From the NCBI RefSeq assembly GCF_006345805.1, contig NC_042999.1, positions 15,872,001 through 15,936,000 on the forward strand: DNA of 64,000 nt, given 5' to 3'. Source of the stretch: Octopus sinensis (taxonomy: Eukaryota). Position 1 is the stretch's first letter; each line of letters starts with the position of its first letter. This document shows positions 1 to 12,027 of the stretch, piece after piece. The notes under the pieces were generated by a model. It was given only the letters and a program-made list of their open reading frames with translations, searched no databases and had not been told where the DNA came from. The position numbers were made by a program, and so were the translations under genes.

Positions 1-455
1 AATTTTTTCAAAATATAAATTTTAGTCTAATAAATAAAAAAATAAATTCATCAGTGTCATCTCTTTATTGCTACCATGGCCACCATAGCCATAAAACAAA
101 ACATAAATTATTGATTTTTATTCCAAAAACACTATAAAACCTAGAGATACATGTATGTATTATTATATTAATATTGAAGTTTACATTTTTTTAATTCAAA
201 GGTCAGGTCATTTTTTCAAGGTATTTGACAAGGTACACTAAAAATAAAAATAAGTGAATAAGAATTCATTATAAATAAGTTCTACCAATGTTTAACTATT
301 TTATACTTTATGCTAAAAATGTATGCCTTGAGTAAATTCTCGTATTTACATTTCTGTTATAATCTGGCATATTCGAACTTATTTCGAATTTTACTCAATA
401 GCAATTTCTTTAGAATGAAAGAGTATACTATGAAAAAAGAAATTTATCAGCAATA

Positions 456-688
456 CCTATTTCTTTATTACCCACAAGGGGCTAAGCGCTGAGGGTACAA
501 ACAAGGACAGACATAGGTATTAAGTCGATTACATTGACCCCAGTGTGTAACTTGTATTTAATTTATCGACCCCGAAAGGATGAAAGGCAAAGTCGACCTT
601 GGCGGAATTTGACCTCACAACATAACGGCAGACGAAATACGGCTATGCATTTCGCCCGGCGTGCTAACGTTTCTGCCAGCTCGCCGCC
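456..688 (-). mobile_element. tRNA-derived SINE family 2, young copy
   Basis: Minus strand GGCGGCGAGCTGGCAGAAACGTTAGCACGCCGGGCGAAATGC…GTCGACTTTGCCTTTCATCCTTTCGGGGTCGATAAAT. CpGs are retained and related copies occur elsewhere in the window. Confidence 0.8.
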
Positions 689-835
689 TTTATCAGCAAT
701 ACCATCACAACCACTACCAAACATAACCACTATAACTTCTCCTTTTCTATCTTTCTGTCTTTCTTTCTCTTTCTTACCATTACCATGAACATCACTTCAG
801 CGAAACCTCTAAAATAACTATCAACAATAGATACT

Positions 836-1251
836 GGCATGGCTGTGTGGTAAGAAGTTTGTTTCCCAACCACATAGTTCTGGGTTCAATCCCACTGCAT
901 GGCATCATGAGCAAGAATCTTTTGCTATAGTCCTAGGCTGATCAGAAAAGATTGGGTAGATGAAAACATAAAGAAGCCCATCATATGTATGTATGTATGT
1001 ATGTGTGTGTGTGTGTTACAGCCTCCTTGCCTTGATATCACCTGATAGTTGTAAATGAACATTACTGTCATGCAGGCAGTGTCCCTCATTCATCTTCTAT
1101 GAAAACATGTCTGGCCATGGGGAAATATTAGCTTAATTGGCAACAGGTGAGGGTAGGCAACAGGAACGGCATCAGCTGTAAAATCTGCCTTGGCAAAATT
1201 CCCTTCCAATCCAAGCAAGCATTGGAAAGTGGACATGATGATGATGATGAT
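836..1251 (+). mobile_element. tRNA-derived SINE: family-1 head with RTE-LINE-derived 3' tail
   Basis: Head GGCTGTGTGGTAAGAAG…GGGTTCAATCCCACTGC. The tail GGCAACAGGAACGGCATCAGCTG…GCATTGGAAAGTGGACATGATGATGATG resembles the LINE 3' end. Confidence 0.75.
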
Positions 1252-2865
1252 AAGTGTCTTACTGTGACTTACTCCAAGAACTGACAGACTCCTTACATCA
1301 AAAATATAACAATATTAATATTATGATACTATAAGACCATAAATATACATTAAAAAATAAAGAGATACTAATACAAATAGCAGCATGATATAAACAAAAT
1401 AAAAAAAGCCGATTTCTGTCATCAAGGAAACCAACAAATACAGAAACCAATTCTGAGATAAAAGACAATTGTGGGGAAGAGAAACTGCAGAAACTAAGAT
1501 CTAAAAAGTAAACTACTAACATTACAAAATTTCATGCTAAGATGCTGGCAGGGAAAGTCCTTACATTATTAATACCTGACAATATTGTATGACACAAAAA
1601 TGGATAGCTATGAAACTCAATGGCAAGATGCTCAGGATTCAAAGCTATACCCGAAGTATTTTTGAATATAACATAATATCAAGGATATCTTGCTGGATAT
1701 TGCAAAAAAAAAAAAAATTAAAAAAAAAAAAACTAAAACCATAATGAATGAGAATATGAAGATATCAACTATGTTGCTTTCAGATTGCCTAGTGTTAACC
1801 AGCCAAGAAGGAATATGTGAAATATAGATCTTTCATCTACTGGGAATTATGTCTGTGTCATGAAATATGGACAGAAAAATGATGGTAAAAACATACATAA
1901 CAAAGTCTCAGAGAATTAAAAAGTGACTGCAATGGTTTTGAGGGGAAAAAAATGATGTAATGACATACAATACTATAGAAATGATTGAGGAATATATACA
2001 TGCATAAAACAAAAGAAATGTAAGTGACAGGGAACCTGTCAGAAAATACATCATTGAGATAGAGTTCTAGTCGTGCTCCTTAAAACAATCAACAAGCTGA
2101 TTATACTGAAGATGTAAGAAAAGTAATACCAACCACTCCCAACAGAATGAGAAAAAATGAAAACGACAAAAAAAAAAGAAAAATATTTTTGGAACAATCA
2201 GCAGATAATTACAGTAAAAAGCCATCAAAGTAAAAAAAAAATACCCAAAAAAACACTGAAATCATTTTTCATTTTCTGAAGCAGTGTAAGATTTTTGCCT
2301 TCAGAAAGATAAGCCAAGAACATTAATCTATCTATCTACTATCAATAATAGAAAATTGTAAATAACAGAGACACACCTAAAAACAATTGTTTAGCAATGA
2401 ATATTTCAAAACTAAAATTAGTCAATCAAGAATAATTCGAACTGAAAAAAATGTTGCAAAAATGATAGTGAGGAGTGCAAGAGTAACTGAATGTTTGAAG
2501 AGAATATAGAGAATGTAGTGCTGCAAACAAATGATTATGTAAGCAAATCCTGTAAGCAAATGTTCCCAAATTTAAACAATGATTGAAGAGTATTGTTTAA
2601 AGGTTATAATTTTCTAGTTGTATCAAATTGCTGCAAACCAGACAGAACAAGAGCAGAATGACTGGTGAACTAAGATCTGGTTCAGTTCTCAAAATACATA
2701 ATTTTGAAGACAGGGATTAAGTGTTACCAGAATGTCATGAAATTAATACTTAATCTACAAACTAATGGCAATGGATATAACCATTTGCCAGTTAATACTG
2801 GCACACAAAAGAAAAGGTACAAGAAAGATCTGTAGCAGTTCTGATAAAAGTGAACATTCCTTTAA

Positions 2866-3086
2866 CCCTTTCATTACTGTATTTATTTTGAGATTCACTG
2901 TTTTTCTCTCAGTTATTTTAAATATAACAAAGAATTTAGTGAAATAACTTAGTTATCATTAAGTTAGTGTTAGGAACATTAATTGCGACTAAGGTTTGGT
3001 GAAAGATTTAAATTCAAAACTTATGAAAACAAGACATTTGTACTACAGAGCTAGGGCCGGTTTCAGCTGGGTTAGTAACGAAAGGG
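2866..3086. mobile_element. piggyBac-like MITE
   Basis: TTAA|CCCTTTCATTAC ... GTAACGAAAGGG|TTAA: terminal inverted repeats beginning CCCT, flanked by TTAA target-site duplications. Confidence 0.85.
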
Positions 3087-6000
3087 TTAAGAGAGCAACC
3101 AGCAAGATAAATCATAAAATATCTGACCCTCTTAAGAGCAAACAAGAGCATTAGTGTGGAAATAGCAAAATGCTATTTATAGAAGAAGAGGAAAACTTAT
3201 TGAAGAATTTATTCCAACTATAAATTATGTTATTTCTAAATTCACTTCATGAAGAAACTAAACCGAGAGTGAAATACTTGTTTGAAATGGACAATCATCT
3301 TCAAATCTGTATCAATTGAATCTGGAAATGTCATTTGTCAAAAATAGATAGCATAGTGGCTAAACATATTTAGTAGTCTACACAATAAGGAAAGTCATTT
3401 TACTATCTTTATGCATTACTCTATCACTAGATTAATGAAAACAGATTTTTAAAAAATCAACCAAGACTGATACTCAGAATCATTTGTACACATCAGCGAC
3501 CATGGTTTATCAATTCTGAGTATGAGTAGATTTATCTTATAACTGATCATTGCATCAATGCTTTCATTTGTGATGTGAGCCTTACAAAACCTTCGAACTT
3601 AGAAGCAAAGCTCACAGAGTATTTTTTCAGCACTTTCCAAAATAATTTTTTCTCACAATGAGTGACAAGACCGCAAAATAAGCACATCAACAAGCTATGA
3701 CAATTTCATTACATCAATGTTAGAAATGAAAGCATATCTCAGAATGATTTTTATGATGATAGCTGCGTACCTTCCAAGTTATAGAGATTATGGGAACACA
3801 GATTCATCTTTGGGACAAGAAATTTATATCTAGGGCTTGATATCTTATATGTGTAAAGACCAACGTGTCAGCAACTTATCTGTATTCAACCTATCTGAGC
3901 AGGTGACATTAGCATGAAAACTGATTAAAATCAACAATAGATAAAATACCCATTCCCAAAATATACCAACAATCATCACATGCAATCACCAAGTTTCATT
4001 TCAATTTATACAATAGCTATGTTTTTTTTTAAGATTTTTATAGTGGACTCACTGTATTTCATGAAAATTGCTGGATTTTAACCAGATTAGGAAGTTTAAA
4101 TAGAGAAAGCACTACAGTGGTTTAAGAGTTTTAAAAACTCAAAAATTTCTTAGTGCTAAGAACTGATATTCAAACTTAGGTGAATGAAATTAAACTGGAA
4201 ATCAATGTTTTGTATGGGTTCATGATTTAATACTATGTTAAATATCAGGCACAAGGTCAAATAACTTGATTAATAACTAGAATAAGGAAAAGAACTTTAA
4301 ACTAATCCTTTGTTTCACTGCCTGTAAAATTTTCAAATAGTTCTTGGTTAGATTCATGAAAGCCATACTGATTAGAATTATAGGCAGGATAAGAGATGTA
4401 TAGGCAAATAAAAAATATATAGGACTAGCTGTTTTTAACTATTCACAATCACATGACTCTTGGTTCAATCCCACTACAAGAACACCCTGAGCAAGTGTCT
4501 CCTACCATAGTGTCAGATTGACCAATACTTCTTTAGTGGAATTTGGTAATCAGGCACTGTACAAAAGTCAGTGGTGTGTGTGTGTTGTGTATCTTTCTCC
4601 AATATATCACAGACTGATATCAACATTAGCATGAAAAACAAAATGTTGAGGTTTTACACCCCTGAGTTCCTTGAGGTGTTTGTTCTGCACCAAATTGCAA
4701 ACACTCCCTTGTCATTCCCACTCATCGAAATGCAGTGAACTAATGACTGAGGCATCTGACCTATGTAAACATTGACTTTACTGTTCACCTGTTACAACAT
4801 AACACAAATTAATAAATAAGTAGTATTTTATGTGCTCAACAGATGAAGTAAAAACGAAATTATATTATATATATACTTGCAACTATCTCTTTGTGTCTAT
4901 CAGAAATGCTATGACTTAGTACAATATGAATGGATCAGAATGCTAGACAAAGTATAAGGTGTGATAAGAAAGATGAGTAGGCTCGGAGTGTTTGTCAACA
5001 GGAAATAAGCAAACAAGTTACTCTTTCATGAAGATTTCAGCCTCAAGACATTTATTCACTGGTTGGTGCTTGTAAAAGGAAATGGGAATAGTGTGAGACT
5101 TCTAGAAAGAGAAGTGGCAAAAAGACTGATAGATTGCCTATGATCTGAATGTGACTAGAAAAGCTACTATCAGGTGGAAGTAGCTATAATGACATTACAG
5201 TGCAAACTAAAACATGTTATAGAGGCAGAAATTTATGCATAGATTGTCTATGTTAGAGGGAAAATGGTAAAAGCAATAGGTCTGGAAGTACTCTCAGAAA
5301 TAACTCTTATCAGATGATCTAGATAAAAATTCTATAAATGTGTTTGCTGTGAGCAGGTGAAAGACACAGTAAAAATAGTCAGAATGATTTTAGAGGAAAT
5401 CAAAATCTAAATGAAATCTGATCAAACAGGAACTATTGTACAAACTATTGAGTGTCAGTCATAAACTGTAGAGTCGTTGCAGTGGTTCGGAATGTAATGA
5501 ATGTGGCTAAATTCAGCAAAGCAGATTTAGAGATACTAAATAGAATAATGAAACTTGACTGAAAAATCTCTTACTCAGCAGACAAGCAAGTAATGAAAAT
5601 TATTATTCAGAAGTAGCAAACAATTTACTATAGTATGTTGCATGGAAATGAAATGGTGTGAATGGATAAGTAGCACATGAAAGGAAGATTTGTTCTGATA
5701 AAAATGGTTTATGTGATGCCCAGCAGCAAGGAAGAAGTGAAATGTAGTGATAGAGAAATCAAAATCAAACTAGAATGGCTATGACATGAAAGAAAACGTG
5801 ATGGTGTTTCAGGTAGAAAGAATTAGTGCAAAAGAATTCAAACTAAAGCTTATATAAAATGAAAGGAAAATTCTGTAGACTGAAGTCCTTAGCAGTTTTT
5901 TAAAAGAGTCATATATAGTTTAGCTGAATTTAGATTTAAAGAAAATTTGCTCCATCATTAACAGACAAGCCGTTGGTAGAAACAAGTTTATGGAAGAAAT

Positions 6001-6476
6001 GAAAGAGGTGGATGTCAAAGAAAGAAAGAAATAGTTAATCTATCTTCTGGATGTAAGATAATTGATGGGGTTGATTACAGTGAAAGACAAAACAATGCAT
6101 CAATGGTCCTAGCTGTAGTGTGAGAAAAGTAAGAATTAGTTGAAAAATTTTGAAAATGGTATAAACCCAGTTAAGATAAAGGAACATAACTGAAGAATAA
6201 GGAAGGAACAGATACTATATTGAGATTTGGAATACATGTGTAAATTTATTACTGCCAGGCAGCTACAGTTAATTCAAAATATAACTACCAACAGCATATA
6301 TGCATTATTGATTTGACTTGCCCTTGTAAATATAAAAACTCATCAAAAAATAAGTAAAATAACCGCAAGAGAAAAACATTCAGCAAAAATAAAGAAAAAA
6401 TAACAACGGTAAAAGAAAGTGATAAAGTAATAACTCTTAAATGATTAAAAGCTGCACTTTGCATTATTCCATTTAC

Positions 6477-6532
6477 CATGTTTTATTTTGTACAGAAAAA
6501 GCTGCAAATCTTTCTATCTCTAGTTTGATTTC
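6477..6532 (-). CDS. Candidate internal exon of an unidentified host gene (EIKLEIERFAAFSVQNKT/W)
   Basis: ttattttttttcaatcacAG | 56 nt open in phase 0 to 2 | GTAAAT. No recognisable TE motif and no homologue recognised. Confidence 0.4.
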
Positions 6533-7559
6533 CTGTGATTGAAAAAAAATAAAGCACATTGTTTTATTTATGAAAATTATCGAAATTAGAGAGGTTTGTC
6601 TTTTTGTGAATAAGGAAGAGCATTTTCTTATTGCGATAATGGTAGAGTATTTTGGAGGATTTTTGTCAGGGGAGGGGGTATTTGCAATAATTTTCAGCAT
6701 TTGAAATATGCTGGCTACTGAGAGAGATATACACTCAGGAATATCTTCTGCGACCACAATGACACAGCAACCTTCAACAACCAGTCAGTTGAAATATGCC
6801 CCTTCAAGTAAAAAATAAAATTTGGCATTGGGTTCAAGATTTTCAGTCTAGTTTGGATGAAGAAGTCTAACCACTCAGCGGAAAAACATCAATACAAACA
6901 CAGAGGGGAGAATTCAGATGAATGAACCATCTGCTGTACACGTGATTCACAAATAGCAAAAGCCAGTTACTAATTTGGATCTACAGAGAATTTTAACAAC
7001 CTTCATAATGATAGAGACTGACAGTCACCCTGATATCAAGTACTTGTCTGAAGCAGCAGAAATGCACACACTCCTCTTTCAGAAAATGTTCCGTGATGAT
7101 TTGTATCTGTTATATTCAACAACGCCTTGTGTCAGTATCTCAAGACAAGTCAAAAAGGGAAAAGACAGAGGCTTTAATTCATTTCTCAAGTTTCAACCTG
7201 CTTTCTACTCATTGCAGGCCCTTTGTTTAGATGATGTAGTAACAGAACTCAAGTGCAGATAGACTTTTAGACAATTTGATGCCCATAAGTCCTGAAAATA
7301 TTATATAAAATCTTCAGGGTTATGTAATGCCAGCACAGAATATGTTAGCACAGTCTTCATCGACCTCAGCACCAACACTTCATGTAGCCCTGACATAGAT
7401 CTTAAAAGCTGGCATGCTATCAAAAGCTTTGATACACTGATGCTGAGACTTGTGAAGATAGACATCATCAATATAGATAGATTTTACTCTGACCAGCAGC
7501 AAGCATATTCTAGAATATTTGCTTTTGAAATTCTTGCATAATTCAAACAGAATTCTCTG

Positions 7560-8060
7560 AAGTAGAGAGTGCACAAATTTTTCACAAAGAGACAGTATAA
7601 ATCAACAGCATTCAAAGAAGTGGTAAACTGACCAGAGTCAATACCTGATCGTATGCTGGAGGGGAATACCACACTAAACTGCTGGAATGAAAATACCAAA
7701 GAACTACAAAATTATTGACCTATAAAATGCTAGCCAACAACATATAAAGCCCTTTATATACACAACAGACTGATTTCTGGAGAACAATAATATACTACCA
7801 GAGGAACAAAAAATGTGCTATAAAGGAATGTATGGTTGTAAGAATAGCTTCAGATAGACTAAGCTATCATAGAGGACAGTGAAAGAAGGTGAATAAACCT
7901 TGGCATGATTTGGATTGACACCAAACAACATTCAATGCCATTCCACATTGATACAAACATGCAAACACTTATATAAGACAACCTCAATACTAATGAAATA
8001 CATCAGCTATGTCATGGCAAAGTAGAAAATCCCAGTGATACAACAAATCAAAGAAGTCTG
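7560..8060 (+). mobile_element. Decayed R4/Dong-like (RLE-type) LINE reverse transcriptase fragment
   Basis: With frameshifts it reads NY*PI.C.PTTYK…NNILPEEQK…GMYGCK.QLQID.AIIEDS…NLGMIWID.KQ.FNAIPH. This matches my recollection of the NYRPITCL…GCK.QLLID…WIDYKKAFDSVPH pattern of that clade. Confidence 0.6.
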
Positions 8061-8619
8061 TAAGAGTCATTAATAGGACATATGAATCTAGTTACTATGA
8101 GTAATTGAAGACTATCAAAAGGAATTGAAAAATTTCATAGGGATTAATTATTGTTGGTCTGATTTGAAATAAAAAATACAACTTGGACAAAGCATACATA
8201 AGTAAAATATGTGTACACCATAAAACATACTGTATGTAAAAAAAAGACCACTTTTATTCTTGTTTAATTAAATAATCCATGCATGTGTAACATGTTCAAA
8301 AATATAAGGACACAGATCGTATGGTATAGCCAACTGGAGACGATGTCTCCTGGGGCTAAATTACAGCAACATTCGTCCTCAGGACTGCCATGTTATGTTG
8401 GCAAGCAATCTTTGCTCCAAAGTATTGTTGCTGATTATCTCTCATTGTGAGATTTAAAAAAATAGCAATTTTCTAATGTGTAACATAGTTACGATATCTT
8501 ACTTCAGTCAATATATAGGAATTGTGAAATTTTTTGCCTACTGTGTAAATTCAGTTAATTGTATGCTCCAAAAATTTCAATCACCAAGGCTATGCAATTA
8601 AGTGAAATTGACTATATAT

Positions 8620-9103
8620 TATCATTCCACAGCTGCTTTCCATGCTGATATAGATGGAACAGTTCATCAGAATTCAAGAGACTAGAGGGCCATATCTCAC
8701 TCTAACATCCAGTTTTGGTATGATTTTTCTCAATGGGTGTTTTTTCCCAACATAAACAATTTTACAGAGTGTACTGGGTGCTTTTTCTCATTTATAAATA
8801 TACTGAAGCAGTAACAAGTGACCGAAACCTTTGACAATATACCATGCTTTAGAAGACCTGTCAAGCCAAGTGAGTCATAGTTATAGCCAGTGCTGGTGTT
8901 TTGTAACTGGTACTCATGTCAGTGGCACGTAAAAAGTACCCACTACACTGTTGGGTTGGAGTGATTGGCATTAAGAAGGGCATCCAGCTGTAGAAAACAT
9001 GCCCAATCAGATTGGAACCGGGTGTGGCTCTCCAGCTTATTAGCTTTCAGTCAAACTGTCCAGCCAATGCTAGCATGCAAAATGGACAAATATCAACAAT
9101 GAT
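8620..9103. mobile_element. Two older RTE 3' UTR remnants, head-to-head (8620-8790 minus; ~8840-9103 plus)
   Basis: Decayed GCTTTCCATGC…GGGTGCTTTT on the left and GGCACGTAAAAAGTACCCACTACAC…AAGGGCATCCAGCTGTAGAAA on the right. Confidence 0.65.
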
Positions 9104-10574
9104 ATATACTGAAGGTGATGTAGGCTCAATGAGCCACAGTGATCTAATTTGTTGTAGTCTTAATAGAAGAACTTTGTAGTGCTGTTAAGGATAATAAAAT
9201 ATACTCAGTCCAGTCCATAACATATAGCATATCCAATAACAAAAATAGGCAATTTATTGTGTGTAATCAGTGACAAAGGATTGCAAAAAGTGCCTGAAAA
9301 ATACATCTCCAATCTATGTCAGCATGGAAAATGGACATAAAATTATTAGTATGGAAATGATGATATAATCTTAGTTAATACACATAAACATGCAGATGTA
9401 TGCTACAAATATTCCATTAAGAAAAGACTTAGAATATTATAGAATGCTAAAGGACCCAGGAAATTCATTATAATCAAAAGGAACAAAATTTATAAGGGAA
9501 ATATGAAATACTCCAATAAAGAAAAGTTAAAGAGAAAGAACAGAATCATGCAATTGAACCTCACACTCTTATCACATACTTTCACAAGCATTCAGGTTAA
9601 GTAATTGTGCCACTTATTAAAGCAATCACTTTCATGTTATCATATAAAAGCTGAATGATTTTGTTTTTTAATAAATTTTTCAAGGCAGCCAATTTCCAAG
9701 GGCAATTTCTGATGTTTCCAAAAGGCTTCTCAATTAACTAGCTATGCGTTTTGTTAAATCCATAGCAAGCATATAAAAAAAATTATTTTTGATTCTCGAT
9801 GTGCCTTATGTAGTTAGCACATAGCAAATTTAAGATCACAAGAGGTCTGCAGCTATGCAATTGTAACTAATTCATTCTCTAGTTAGAATATTCTAAATGA
9901 CAGACAACAAGGAGATACCTCAATGATGGCCTGAAAAAGGAAGATTGAATATGATAAAAGTACTAATGTAATCTTGTTTAACATATACACTTCGGAAATA
10001 TTTATTCATCCTGCCTAGAATTAACAAAAATCTTTAAGTTTTGGCACAATAGGCATTTTATGATGTGTGTCTTTTATTGATATGTGTACTGACATTCAGT
10101 CTCAACCTCCATTATACATTAGTTTAACAACTAAAATACCAAGCATTAACCATCACACTATTTTTATGTTTATGCAAAGAATACTCCATTAATGAAATAA
10201 TTTGTTGCACCATAGTGTTTTAAACTGATGGATTTGCATCAAGACTATATTGGGAATAAGTAAGTTATGTTTAGTGTAAGATATAAAACATATGATATAA
10301 TTACACTGTACAGTATAGTTTGTCTATAGGTTATCATTACAAGTCTGGGCAATTAAAGTCACCAAGAAATATACTTCCAGAATGAATGCCAATCAATAGC
10401 TGCTGAGACACACTGTAGTAACCGACTTAATTTTTCATCCAGCCAACTAAAAGAACCTAACATCATATAATTCCTATCACCTAAGCACTGAATCTTACAA
10501 TAAGGACCCTGAGACAATGAGGGAGCATCTGCTTTGTTATTTGAACTACAAGAAATAACAGCCAAATTTCATCC

Positions 10575-10926
10575 AGATGGCACATAAGAGAACCATCTGA
10601 ATGTGGCCATTGCCAGCACCGCCCTGACTGTCTCTGTGCCAGTGGCACGTAAAAAGCACCATCCAATCGTTGCCGTTGCCAGCCTCCGTGCTGGTGGCAT
10701 GTAAAAAGCACTATCTGATCGTGGCCGTTTGCCAGCCTCGTCTAGCATGTAAAAAGCACCCACTACTCTCGTGGAGTGGTTGGCTTTAGGAAGGGCATCC
10801 AGCCGTAGAAACTTTGCCAGATCAGACTGGGTCTGATGCAGCCTTCTGGCTTCCCAGACCCCAGTTGAACTGTCCAACCCATGCCAGCATGGAAAGCAGA
10901 CGCTAAACGATGATGATGATGATGAT
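10575..10926 (+). mobile_element. Truncated RTE LINE 3' UTR copy
   Basis: GGCACGTAAAAAGCACC subrepeats, GGAGTGGTTGGC-TTAGGAAGGGCATCCAGC and (GAT)n tail, as at 37642-38000. Confidence 0.9.
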
Positions 10927-11622
10927 CACACTCTACCGTATCTTATAAAAAGCACATGTTCACTAATGTAGTCCAGTGTACACATTGCCTCAGTTAAAAA
11001 CAAAGATGAGAGAGAGAATAGCCATGGCTTGAATATTCTTCATCACAGGTCAGCTCAATCAGGGTTCTTCTGAGGTTAAGTAAGAACAACAATGTTTCAA
11101 CCAGAAATCTGTTACAGACAGAATGCTCTAAAAAGTCTAGATCTCTTCTCCCCTACACACGAAATAAGATGGCCTGTAAATCTGACCTTGATATTCTAAC
11201 ATAATCATGGAAAGGAGGAGCTTATGGTTTCTGTATGCAATGCCTAAGAGCTACTTGTTCAAGTGACATCATGTACTTTTAGCTTGAACTGAAATCTCAT
11301 TAAAGTTTCAAGTGGTTTTAATGCAACAAATATGAGTAATTGACAAGACACCTGTGTTTCATATGTTAGAACTTCATTCCAAAATTATGGTTCTTAGAAA
11401 CATGATCATTTGTCATCACAATTGATATAATATATTATGTCTTTACAAAGTATAAACAACCAGGAAGATATAGTTTTGACAAGGAATTCATAACACATTA
11501 GTAATCTTATTTTATCAAATCAGATATTCATAATATATATCAAGCAGGTGAGTGTAGCAGAATCTATTCTTTTTCCAGCTTGGTTTTAGAATATGAAACT
11601 GAAAGCAAGCAAACAATAGTTA

Positions 11623-12027
11623 CCATATATACTCGACTATATAATGCTCTTGCCTATAAGGGGCATCCCCGACTTACAAGGTTCAAATTGGGAATTTTAT
11701 CATTGACCCGACTATAAGTCGCAGCAACTTTGTTGATGTTGGAGAGTAAAATTCAATTCGGAATCCTGCCAAAATAGTTGTTGCTTAGTAACCAAGCTTT
11801 CAGTAAGCTGAAGATAACTTACAACAACTGTTATCCCAATAAGTCCAAGCATTTTAGAAACCTTTTGTTTATAATATAAAATTTGATCCTTTTTGTTTAT
11901 TCCAAGTATTGGAACTTCAGACGTGGTTTGTAGCTAGAAAATATCTGAAGATTTTTTATAAGCTGCACCCCCAACTTTAGGTGAAAATTTCAGGAAAAAA
12001 GTGCAACTTATAGCCGAATATATACAG
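11623..12027. mobile_element. pogo/Tigger-like MITE
   Basis: TA|CCATATATACTCGACTATA ... TTATAGCCGAATATATACAG|TA: imperfect TIRs with TA target duplication. Confidence 0.7.

Noticed and set aside
3100-4100. Possible decayed hAT transposase
   Set aside because: Only a faint STYL-like resemblance, with no TIRs or TSD identifiable.
10359-10877. Recurring 60-100 aa ORFs such as MDGSTGVWEARRLHQ… and MLAWVG… (also near 23256, 26885, 30624, 33849, 36515, 53254, 57867)
   Set aside because: They are chance readings of the non-coding RTE 3' UTR repeat.
11524-11547. 24-nt plus-strand microexon-like segment (cag|…CAG|GTGAGT); also a GTGAGT donor near 12084
   Set aside because: No supporting neighbouring plus-strand exons, and such signals arise by chance in 64 kb.
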